Source: Micrococcus luteus NCTC 2665 (lineage in GTDB: Bacteria; Actinomycetota; Actinomycetes; Actinomycetales; Micrococcaceae). From it: a stretch of DNA of 32,000 nucleotides. Location of the stretch: the NCBI RefSeq assembly GCF_000023205.1, contig NC_012803.1, positions 1,800,001 to 1,832,000 on the forward strand. Reading direction: 5' to 3'. The notes beneath the pieces were generated by a model. It saw nothing but the letters and a program-made list of their open reading frames with translations. It searched no databases and was not told the origin of the DNA. Below, piece by piece: positions 1 through 11,311 of the stretch (position 1 is its first letter; each line of letters starts with the position of its first letter). The position numbers and the translations under genes are program-made.

Positions 1-204
1 GTCGGCCTGCGAGCCCAGCAGGGCCTCGTAGGGACGCACGTGCTCCAGGAACGGCACGGCGTTCTCGGTCTGGGTGCGCGGCGGCGGCGCGTTCGTCTCC
101 GCGGACTCGAACTGCCACTTGGACAGCGCCACGAAGACCGCGGCCGCCACGAGGGCCAGCACCAGGGTGGCCAGCCAGACGGGCTTGAGGGCGGTGCGCA
201 GCAC
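1..204 (-). CDS. SURF1-like membrane protein, N-terminal part (continues past the left edge)
   Basis: Not in the ORF track because it has no stop in the window. Reading the reverse complement from GTG (204..202) gives VLRTALKPVWLATLVLALVAAAVFVALSKWQFESAETNAPPPRTQTENAVPFLEHVRPYEALLGSQAD. An in-frame TGA lies two codons upstream of the GTG. The N-terminal TM helix followed by KWQ resembles SURF1/ShyY-type N-termini. A GGAAGAG run lies about 10 nt upstream. Third codon positions are GC-rich. Confidence 0.4.
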   Translation of the reverse strand, partial: MLRTALKPVWLATLVLALVAAAVFVALSKWQFESAETNAPPPRTQTENAVPFLEHVRPYEALLGSQAD

Positions 205-251
205 GCCGTATCAACTCTTCCGGTCGGGGTGCCGCCTCGGGGCGGCGGGGA

Positions 252-1388
252 TCAGACGGTCTGGGTGGGGGTCACGAGGACCTCCACCTTCTGGAAGTCC
301 TTGAGCTCGGTGTAGCCGCAGGTGGCCATGGCGCGCTTCAGGCCGCCCATCAGGTTGGACGTGCCGTCCGCGTGGCGGCCGGGCCCCCACAGGACCTCCT
401 CGAGCGGAGCCACCTGGCCCACGTGGGTGCGGTGCCCGCGCGGCAGCTCCGGGTGGGCGGCCTCGAGGCCCCAGTGCCAGCCGCCGCCGGGGGCGTCGGT
501 GGCGCGGGCCAGGGCGGCGCCCAGGACGACCGCGTCCGCACCCATGGCGATCGCCTTGACGATCTCCCCCGAGGTGGAGACGCCGCCGTCGGCGATCACG
601 TGCACGTAGCGGCCGCCGGACTCGTCCATGTAGTCGCGGCGCGCCTCGGCGATGTCCGAGATGGCCGTGGCCATCGGCACACGGATGCCCATGGCGCGGC
701 GCGTGGTGGTGGACGCGCCGCCGCCGAAACCGACGAGCACACCGGCCGCGCCGGTGCGCATCAGGTGCAGGGCCGGCGTGTAGCCGGCCGCCCCGCCCAC
801 GATCACGGGCACGTCCAGCTCGTAGATGAACTGCTTGAGGTCCAGCGGCTCCTGGGTGGAGGAGACGTGCTCGGCCGAGACGGTGGTGCCGCGGATGACG
901 AACAGGTCCACGCCCGCCGCCACGACGGTGCGGTAGAACTCCTGCGTGTTCTGCGGGGTCAGCGAGCCCGCGACGACGACGCCGGCCTCGCGGATCTGCG
1001 CGAGGCGCTCGGTGATCAGATCGGGGCGGATGGGGGCCGCGTAGGCCTCCTGCAGCTTGCGGGTGGCCTCGGTCCCGGCGGGGCCGGCCTCGAGGGCGGC
1101 GATCTCCTCGAGCAGCGGGCGCGGGTCCTCATGGCGGGTCCACAGGCCCTCGAGGTTGAGGACGCCGAGACCGCCCAGCCGCCCCATCGCGATGGCGGTC
1201 TCCGGGCTCATCACGGAGTCCATGGGCGCACCGATCACGGGCATGTCGAACGTGTAGGCGTCGATGCGCCACGTGAGGCTGACGTCCTGGGGATCCCGGG
1301 TGCGCCGCGCGGGCACCACGGACACGTCGTTGAGGGAGAAGGCCCGGCGGCCGCGCTTGCCGCGGCCGATCTCAATCTGGTTCGTCAC
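252..1388 (-). CDS. guaB3: GuaB3-family IMP dehydrogenase-related protein (no CBS pair)
   Basis: 378-aa ORF with a GTG start. It begins MTNQIEIGRGKRGRRAFSLNDVSVVPARRTRDP...MPVIGAPMDSV and contains IADGG. This is a TIM-barrel IMPDH fold without the CBS insertion, and it lies directly downstream of guaB as in other actinobacteria. Confidence 0.9.
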   Translation of the reverse strand: MTNQIEIGRGKRGRRAFSLNDVSVVPARRTRDPQDVSLTWRIDAYTFDMPVIGAPMDSVMSPETAIAMGRLGGLGVLNLEGLWTRHEDPRPLLEEIAALEAGPAGTEATRKLQEAYAAPIRPDLITERLAQIREAGVVVAGSLTPQNTQEFYRTVVAAGVDLFVIRGTTVSAEHVSSTQEPLDLKQFIYELDVPVIVGGAAGYTPALHLMRTGAAGVLVGFGGGASTTTRRAMGIRVPMATAISDIAEARRDYMDESGGRYVHVIADGGVSTSGEIVKAIAMGADAVVLGAALARATDAPGGGWHWGLEAAHPELPRGHRTHVGQVAPLEEVLWGPGRHADGTSNLMGGLKRAMATCGYTELKDFQKVEVLVTPTQTV

Positions 1389-1481
1389 CGGGCCAGCCTA
1401 GCCCAGGCGCCACGGGGGCGTCGCCGATCGTGTCGTCGGCGCCGCCCCCGGACGGGGGCTCCCCCGGACCCGACGTGCGGG

Positions 1482-4645
<3,164 letters not shown>

Positions 4646-4646
4646 G

Positions 4647-6602
4647 TCACCGAGCGGACGGGCCCGCTCCGGCGGGCCCGTCCGCGCCGTCCCCGTCGTC
4701 CAGATACTCGCCCAGCACGTAGTCGTACTCCACCGGGTTCCCGTCCTCGTCCGTACGGCGGTACCAGTCGGTGATCTCCGCGGCGGTGGAGTCGAACCCC
4801 TCGCCGGCCGCGTACCAGCTGCCCGGCGGGGTGCGCTCCACCGTGAACGCGAAGTCGTCCCCGTACTCCACCAGGCCCCGCACCGTCGCCTTCTCGACGG
4901 CGGCCCGCTGGTACCGGTCACGGATCGCGAAGGGGTCGTTGGCCAGTTCGCGCTGGAGCGCGACCGCCATGAGGACGAGCACCACGGTGAACGGCAGCGC
5001 CGTGATGGTGATGAGGTTCTGCAGGCCGGTGAGCGCGGTGTCGCCGCCGGTCAGCAGCATCACGACGGCGATGCCCGCCATGCACAGCGCCCAGAACACC
5101 GTGATCGTGCGGCGCGGGGCCGGGGCGCCGCGCTGCGAGAGCTGCGAGTTCACGATCGAGGCGGAGTCCGCCGTCGTGATGAAGAAGACCGCCAGCATGA
5201 CGATCACGACCGGGGCCACCAGCCCGCCGCCGGGCAGCTGGTCCAGGACCACCCAGAAGATCTCCGCCGGCGCGGGCAGCGACGCGGCCGTGCCGTCCGG
5301 CGCCACGGAGCCCTGCGTCCGCTGCAGCCAGATGGTGGTGCCGCCGATGATCGTGAACGCGCCGACGATCACCGCGGCCGGGATGAACAGGGCGCCGAGG
5401 ACGTACTGGCGGATGGTCCGGCCCTTCGAGATCTTCGCCATGAACACGCCCACGAACGGGGCCCAGCTGACCCACCACGCCCAGTAGAAGATCGTCCAGC
5501 TGGAGAGGAACTCCTGCATGTCCTCCCCCTCGGCCATCGAGGCGCCGAGGGCGTCCGGGGCGGAGGAGACGTAGTCCATCAGGACGCCGGGCACGATGTT
5601 CAGCAGGAACGCCGTCGGGCCGACGACGAAGAAGAACAGCGCGAGGCCGAGGGCGAGCAGCATGTTGATGTTGGACAGCCACCGGATGCCGCGGGCCACA
5701 CCGGACACCGCCGAGAAGATGGTGCCGATCGTGAGCACCACGATGATCCCCAGCGCCACCGTGTTCCCCGGCGCCGACCAGCCCGAGACGATCTCCACGC
5801 CTCGGCCGATCTGGAGGGCGCCGATGCCCAGCGAGGCCGCCGTGCCGAACAGTGTGGCGATGATCGCGAGCCCGTCGATCAGGCGCGCCCCGACGGAGTC
5901 GCTGCGCTGGGAGTCGCCGAACAGCGGCGCGATGATCGAGCTCATCAGCGGCACCCGGCCCCGGCGGTAGGACACGTAGCCGACCGACAGGCCGACGATC
6001 GCGTAGATCGCCCACGCGTTCACGCCCCAGTGCAGCGCGGCCTGGGCCAGCGCGCCCGTCACCGCCTCCTCGCTCGCCGCCTCGTACGCCCCCGGGCGCG
6101 GGGCCAGGTAGTAGGTCAGCGGCTCGTACGGGCCGAAGAAGATGATGCCGATGCCGATGCCGGCCGCGAAGAGCATGGCTGACCAGCTCGCCGTGGAGTA
6201 CTCCGGCTTCTCCCCGTCCAGGCCCAGCGGGATCTCGCCGTACCGGGAGAACGCCAGGGCCAGCAGGAACACCACCATCCCGATGGCCAGCAGGGCGAAC
6301 AGCCAGCCGGCGTGGACCATCACCCAGTCGAGGGCCGCGCTCGAGACGGCCAGCACGGCGTCCGGCTGCAGCACGCCCCACACCACGAAGCCGACCACCA
6401 GCAGGCCGACGACGGCGAGGATCACCCGGTCCACGCCGTAGCGCACCCGGCGGTCCTCCACGGACACGCCCGGCACGAGGGCCGGGTGGATGCCGTGCGG
6501 ATAGGAGAACTCGCGGACGAAGCGGCGCAGCCGTGGCCGGGGTCCGGGTCGTGTGGGACCCGGTGGGACGGGGCGGCGTGGGTGTGTCCATGGGCACACC
6601 AT
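4647..6602 (-). CDS. BCCT-family (betaine/carnitine/choline) transporter
   Basis: It carries the BCCT signature WTIFYWAWWVSWAPFVGVFMAKISKGRTIRQYV and about 12 TM segments. The track ORF extends to 6656, but that extension overlaps a 17-bp terminator hairpin. I chose ATG 6602..6600 (MVCPWTH...), which still precedes the conserved HPALVPG segment. The start is uncertain because there is no clear SD. Confidence 0.85.
   Translation of the reverse strand: MVCPWTHPRRPVPPGPTRPGPRPRLRRFVREFSYPHGIHPALVPGVSVEDRRVRYGVDRVILAVVGLLVVGFVVWGVLQPDAVLAVSSAALDWVMVHAGWLFALLAIGMVVFLLALAFSRYGEIPLGLDGEKPEYSTASWSAMLFAAGIGIGIIFFGPYEPLTYYLAPRPGAYEAASEEAVTGALAQAALHWGVNAWAIYAIVGLSVGYVSYRRGRVPLMSSIIAPLFGDSQRSDSVGARLIDGLAIIATLFGTAASLGIGALQIGRGVEIVSGWSAPGNTVALGIIVVLTIGTIFSAVSGVARGIRWLSNINMLLALGLALFFFVVGPTAFLLNIVPGVLMDYVSSAPDALGASMAEGEDMQEFLSSWTIFYWAWWVSWAPFVGVFMAKISKGRTIRQYVLGALFIPAAVIVGAFTIIGGTTIWLQRTQGSVAPDGTAASLPAPAEIFWVVLDQLPGGGLVAPVVIVMLAVFFITTADSASIVNSQLSQRGAPAPRRTITVFWALCMAGIAVVMLLTGGDTALTGLQNLITITALPFTVVLVLMAVALQRELANDPFAIRDRYQRAAVEKATVRGLVEYGDDFAFTVERTPPGSWYAAGEGFDSTAAEITDWYRRTDEDGNPVEYDYVLGEYLDDGDGADGPAGAGPSAR
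4654..4685 (+). terminator. perfect 14-bp stem / 4-nt loop hairpin, 9 nt after the DAACS stop
   Basis: GCGGACGGGCCCGC-tccg-GCGGGCCCGTCCGC. It has no U-tract, which is common in actinobacteria. It lies inside the last codons of the convergent BCCT gene. Confidence 0.45.
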
Positions 6603-6637
6603 AGAGGGCACCCCGGACGGCCGGCGTCTCCAGCCCG

Positions 6638-6683
6638 GACGACGACGGCCCCTCACCCGGGCGGGCGAGGGGCCGTCGTCGTC
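6638..6683 (-). terminator. perfect 17-bp stem / 12-nt loop hairpin downstream of groEL
   Basis: GACGACGACGGCCCCTC-acccgggcgggc-GAGGGGCCGTCGTCGTC. It lies 30 nt past the groEL stop on the minus strand. Confidence 0.55.
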
Positions 6684-6712
6684 GGCCGGCCGCGTCAGGG
6701 CCGACGCAGGGG

Positions 6713-8338
<1,626 letters not shown>

Positions 8339-8379
8339 TCAGGGAGTCAGGGGGTGCGGGGACGCGAGGGGCCCGGGGC

Positions 8380-8402
8380 GCGCGCACCGGTGCGGTGCGC
8401 GC
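8380..8402 (-). other. intercistronic groES-groEL stem-loop (10-bp stem, 3-nt loop)
   Basis: GCGCGCACCG-gtg-CGGTGCGCGC, inside the 108-nt groES/groEL spacer. Confidence 0.35.
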
Positions 8403-8428
8403 CGCTCACCGGGCCCGTCGCGGCGGGG

Positions 8429-8725
8429 TCACTTGGTGACGACGGCCAGCACGTCGCGGGCGGAGAGCACCAGGTACTCCTCGCCGCCGACTTTGACCTC
8501 GGTGCCGCCGTACTTGGAGTACAGCACCACGTCACCCTCGGCGACGTCGACCGGCACGCGGTTGCCGTTCTCGGCGACCCGGCCCGGGCCCACGGCCACG
8601 ACCTGGCCCTCCTGCGGCTTCTCCTTGGCGGTGTCCGGGATCACGAGGCCCGACGCGGTGGTCTGCTCGGCCTCCAGGGGGCGGACAACGATGCGATCCT
8701 CGAGGGGCTTGATGGAGACAGACAT
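8429..8725 (-). CDS. groES: co-chaperonin GroES
   Basis: The internal ATG at 8725 gives 98 aa, [49 protein letters not shown]... [10 protein letters not shown] lies upstream. The upstream part of track ORF 8429..9025 is non-coding. Confidence 0.97.
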   Translation of the reverse strand: MSVSIKPLEDRIVVRPLEAEQTTASGLVIPDTAKEKPQEGQVVAVGPGRVAENGNRVPVDVAEGDVVLYSKYGGTEVKVGGEEYLVLSARDVLAVVTK

Positions 8726-8854
8726 GCTGCACACTCCTTCTTCGTCGACGTGCGGCTCCGGCGGGCTCGCCGGTCCGCTGATGCTGTGGTCTGCGGGTGC
8801 GCCACGGGCGTCAGACCCTCCGTCGTCGCGGTGCCGGACGGTCCACCTCGGGCA

Positions 8855-8881
8855 TTGGCACCCGGTACCCCCGAGTGCCAG
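8855..8881 (-). promoter_or_regulatory. CIRCE (HrcA operator) copy 1, one mismatch
   Basis: The minus strand reads CTGGCACTC-N9-GGGTGCCAA. The CIRCE consensus is TTAGCACTC-N9-GAGTGCTAA. It lies downstream of the predicted -10. Confidence 0.7.
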
Positions 8882-8886
8882 CCCTG

Positions 8887-8916
8887 ACTCTACTCCGGGT
8901 TCTGGCACTCCTTCAA
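8887..8916 (-). promoter_or_regulatory. predicted groES promoter TTGAAG-N18-TAGAGT
   Basis: The -35 sits inside the spacer of CIRCE copy 2, and the -10 sits between the two CIRCE copies. This is the classical HrcA-repressed layout. Confidence 0.5.
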
Positions 8917-8928
8917 CATGAGTGCCAG
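8902..8928 (-). promoter_or_regulatory. CIRCE (HrcA operator) copy 2, perfect inverted repeat
   Basis: CTGGCACTC-cttcaacat-GAGTGCCAG, a perfect 9-N9-9 palindrome. Confidence 0.8.
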
Positions 8929-9058
8929 CCGTGTCCCCGCCGTCCGCCGTGGGCGGAGGCGTGGGGCGCGGTGTGGTGGGATGCCGTGGGGCGGCGGGCG
9001 GGGCGGGTTCCGGGCCCGGGAGCACACGGTGTGGTCACGACTGCGGCCGGGATCCTGT

Positions 9059-9085
9059 CCCTCCCCCACTCCCCCCACTCCCCCC
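9059..9085 (-). repeat. G-quadruplex-type motif (four G tracts, loops of 1-3 nt) on the minus strand; C-rich i-motif on the plus strand
   Basis: The plus strand has CCC-t-CCCCC-act-CCCCCC-act-CCCCCC. It ends 9 nt outside the left inverted arm. Confidence 0.4.
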
Positions 9086-9094
9086 TCGCCACCC

Positions 9095-9190
9095 TCCGTG
9101 GGCAGAAACCGCACCCCCGCCCATCGCGTGGGCAGCATCCGCAGGTTTTGGATCTCCGTGGGCAGAAGCGCCCTCTCTTCTGCCCACGGA
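9095..9190 (+). repeat. left 96-nt inverted arm: three phased copies of TCCGTGGGCAGAA, the innermost forming a 14-bp/8-nt-loop palindrome
   Basis: GTGGGCAG cores start at 9098, 9128 and 9158, exactly 30 nt apart. The palindrome is TCCGTGGGCAGAAG-cgccctct-CTTCTGCCCACGGA at 9155..9190. The arm aligns without gaps to the reverse complement of 10381..10476. Confidence 0.85.
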
Positions 9191-9196
9191 TGTTGC

Positions 9197-9226
9197 GTGG
9201 GCGGAACTCCTCGCAGTTCTGCCCAC
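9197..9226. repeat. extra motif hairpin (12-bp stem with one G-T pair, 6-nt loop), present on the left side only
   Basis: GTGGGCGGAACT-cctcgc-AGTTCTGCCCAC, which is the same core motif as the arms. Confidence 0.75.
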
Positions 9227-9361
9227 CGAGCCATGACGACGTCGTCCCGGCGGGACAACCGGCCGCCGCCGAGTCCTGCACAGCCGGCCCACCCCGCGCC
9301 GGTGTGCACAGACACACGGCCCGCCCGGCCGCCGTCGGACCGACCGCGTCAGGGTCGACCC

Positions 9362-10339
9362 ATGCCCTTCGCCCCCGACCTCCCCCTCGTCCCCGTCTTC
9401 ACCACCCGCGACGTGCTCGAACGCGGTCTGCCGCCCAGCCGGGTGCGGCGGTCCGACGTCCTCCGCCTCGCCCGCGGCATCCACCGTCGCCGTGACATGC
9501 CGCTGCGCACCTGGGAGTCGGCCGGGCTCCCGCCGCCGCACCACGGGGTCGGCCTCGACCTGCTGACCGCCCTCCTGCGGTCCCGTTCCGACGCCGTTCT
9601 CTCCCATGAGACGGCGGCGCACCTCCACGGACTCCCGCTTCCCCCGGGCGGGGCCACGCGACGCGCCGCCGTCGAGATCACGTTGCACCGCGGCACCGCA
9701 CGGGCGCGGATCCCCGGCGTCATGGAGCACCGCAGACCCCTGCCCGCCGGCCACGTCACCTCCGTGCTCGGGCTACGGGTGACGACGCCGGAACGGACCT
9801 GGCTCGATCTGTGCTCGATCGGCCACCCCTGGGACGAGGCATCCCTCGTGTCGGCGGGTGACCACCTGGTCCGTCACCCCTGGTCCCCGAGCGGCCGGCG
9901 GCCTCCCGTCACCACGGTCACCGCGCTGCACGAGGCGATGCGGCCGCTCGGGCGGTTCGTCGGAAGACCGCAGGCGACGGCGGCGCTCGAGCGCGTACGG
10001 GTGGGTGCCGACTCACCGCAGGAGACCCGGCTGAGGCTGGCGCTCGTCGAGGCGGGGCTGGGCGAGCCGACGCTGCAGCACGTGCTCGACCCCGGGCGGC
10101 GGGACGCCCCCGAGGCCGATCTGTGGTTCGAGGACTGCCGGCTCGTCCTCCAGTACGACGGCGAGTTGCACCGGAGTGCCGAGCAACACGCCCGGGACGC
10201 CCGGCGAGACCAGTACTACGCGGAGCGTGGGCAGATGACCCTGCACGTCACAGGCCGGGACGTCGGCGAGGGATACGCGCGGGTGATCGAGGCCGTCCTC
10301 AGACGACGGGCACAGGTCTCGAACGGCTGGGATGCCTGA
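9362..10339 (+). CDS. DUF559 (Vsr-like PD-(D/E)xK fold) protein with an AbiEi-like wHTH N-terminal region
   Basis: Internal ATG 9362 of track ORF 8918..10339 gives 325 aa. The N-terminal region reads FTTRDVLERGLPPSRVRRSDVLRLARGIH...SHETAAHLHGLP...TTPERTWLDL. The C-terminal region reads ADSPQETRLRLALVEAGLGEPTLQHV...ADLWFEDCRLVLQYDGELH...D..RDQYYAERG. This layout is typical of the abundant actinobacterial DUF559 family. Confidence 0.72.
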   Translation: MPFAPDLPLVPVFTTRDVLERGLPPSRVRRSDVLRLARGIHRRRDMPLRTWESAGLPPPHHGVGLDLLTALLRSRSDAVLSHETAAHLHGLPLPPGGATRRAAVEITLHRGTARARIPGVMEHRRPLPAGHVTSVLGLRVTTPERTWLDLCSIGHPWDEASLVSAGDHLVRHPWSPSGRRPPVTTVTALHEAMRPLGRFVGRPQATAALERVRVGADSPQETRLRLALVEAGLGEPTLQHVLDPGRRDAPEADLWFEDCRLVLQYDGELHRSAEQHARDARRDQYYAERGQMTLHVTGRDVGEGYARVIEAVLRRRAQVSNGWDA

Positions 10340-10380
10340 CGTCGCCGTCGCGTATGGCCCTGCCGTCCATGCGCAGGGAT

Positions 10381-10476
10381 TCCGTGGGCAGAAGCGAGGG
10401 TGCTTCTGCCCACGGAACCTGGAAACACGCGGGTCCTGCCCCCGGAAGGCGAGACCCGGCGGGTTCTGCCCACGGA
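10381..10476 (-). repeat. right 96-nt inverted arm (reverse complement of the left arm)
   Basis: CTGCCCAC cores start at 10406, 10436 and 10466, exactly 30 nt apart. The inner palindrome TTCCGTGGGCAGAAGC-gagggt-GCTTCTGCCCACGGAA (10380..10417) has a 16-bp perfect stem. It starts 41 nt after the ORF stop and could also act as a bidirectional terminator. Confidence 0.85.
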
Positions 10477-10555
10477 ACGCTCGCGCCGGCCGGGCACCCG
10501 GCCCCCGCCCGGACCGAGCTGGCCCCCGCCCGGGCCGGCCTCACCGTCGCCCCGC

Positions 10556-11311
10556 TCAGTAGTACACGGCCAGCGGCCCGTGCGGTCCGTCCACCACGCT
10601 GCAGGGGGTCTTGAAGATCCGCTCCAGCACCTCAGGGCGCAGGATCTCGGCCGGGGTGCCGGTCTCCACCACCTGGCCGTCCCCCATGGCCACGATCCGG
10701 TCGGCGTAGTGGGCGGCGAAGTTGATGTCGTGCAGCACGATCACCACGGTCCGGCCCAGCTCGTCGGCGGCCCGACGCAGCTGCTGCATCATCTGCGCCG
10801 AGTGCTGCATGTCCAGGTTGTTCAGCGGCTCGTCCAGCAGCACGTACTCGGTGTTCTGCGCCAGCACCATCGCCACGTACGCGCGCTGCCGCTGGCCGCC
10901 CGAGAGCTGGTCGAGGTAGCGGTTCTCGAACGGGCCGAGGTTGAGGAAGTCGATCGCGTCGGACACGTGCCGCTCATCTTCCAGGGTCAGCCGCCCGCGC
11001 GTGTACGGGTAGCGCCCGAACCCCACGAGCTGTCGCACGGTCAGCCGCGTCACGAAGTGGTTCTCCTGCCGCAGGATGGACAGGGTCTGCGCGATCTTCC
11101 GGGACGGCGTCGTGGTGATGTCGTGCCCGCCCACGGCGATCGTCCCGGCGTCGGCGTCCTGCAGCCGGCCGATCATCGTCAGCAGCGTGGACTTGCCGGC
11201 CCCGTTGGGCCCCACGAGCGCGGTCACTCCCCCGGCCTGGATGTCCAGGTCCACGGGTCCGATGCACACCTCGTCGCTGTGGCGCTTCACCACGCCGCGC
11301 AGCTCGATCAC
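10556..11311 (-). CDS. siderophore/iron-chelate ABC transporter ATP-binding protein (FatE/YclP-like)
   Basis: The GTG start at 11311 overlaps the upstream permease stop (GTGA). The product has Walker A GPNGAGKST, signature LSGGQRQR and Walker B VLLDEP. The track ORF 10556..12202 is extended by out-of-frame upstream sequence. Confidence 0.92.
   Translation of the reverse strand: MIELRGVVKRHSDEVCIGPVDLDIQAGGVTALVGPNGAGKSTLLTMIGRLQDADAGTIAVGGHDITTTPSRKIAQTLSILRQENHFVTRLTVRQLVGFGRYPYTRGRLTLEDERHVSDAIDFLNLGPFENRYLDQLSGGQRQRAYVAMVLAQNTEYVLLDEPLNNLDMQHSAQMMQQLRRAADELGRTVVIVLHDINFAAHYADRIVAMGDGQVVETGTPAEILRPEVLERIFKTPCSVVDGPHGPLAVYY

Larger units (their letters stand above)
9095..10476 (+). mobile_element. 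hypothesis: self-contained cassette (inverted phased-repeat arms plus one wHTH-DUF559 ORF), possibly mobile or REPtron-like
   Basis: The inverted arms have outermost motif copies at both ends and enclose a single ORF. The ORF uses visibly more rare codons than its neighbours. I see no target-site duplication and no recognised transposase, so this remains a hypothesis. Confidence 0.3.

Noticed and set aside
1389-1481. Imperfect 13-bp hairpin (GGGGCG-t-CGCCGA ... TCGGCG-c-CGCCCC) between guaB and guaB3
   Set aside because: The stem is mismatched and GC-rich, in a short intercistronic spacer. It is plausibly a weak attenuator but not distinguishable from background GC-rich pairing.
8922-9236. 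Small ORFs crossing the repeat clusters (8922..9236, 8797..9495, 10332..10562, 10299..10544, 10216..10497)
   Set aside because: Their translations are just the repeat motif read in different frames (PWAE, SVGR and FCPR repeats), Pro/Arg-rich, and lack start context. They are non-coding repeat DNA.
9095-10476. The 30-nt periodic repeats look superficially like a small CRISPR array
   Set aside because: The conserved unit is only 11-14 nt. There are only three phased copies per side, and they lie in opposite orientation on the two sides of a gene. The inter-repeat segments are partly conserved between arms. No cas genes are present in the window.
10500-10533. 13-nt direct repeat GGCCCCCGCCCGG occurring twice, 21 nt apart, between the right arm and the ABC ATPase stop
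   Set aside because: There are only two copies of a very GC-rich low-complexity string, so it is likely chance or part of a weak terminator for the ABC operon.
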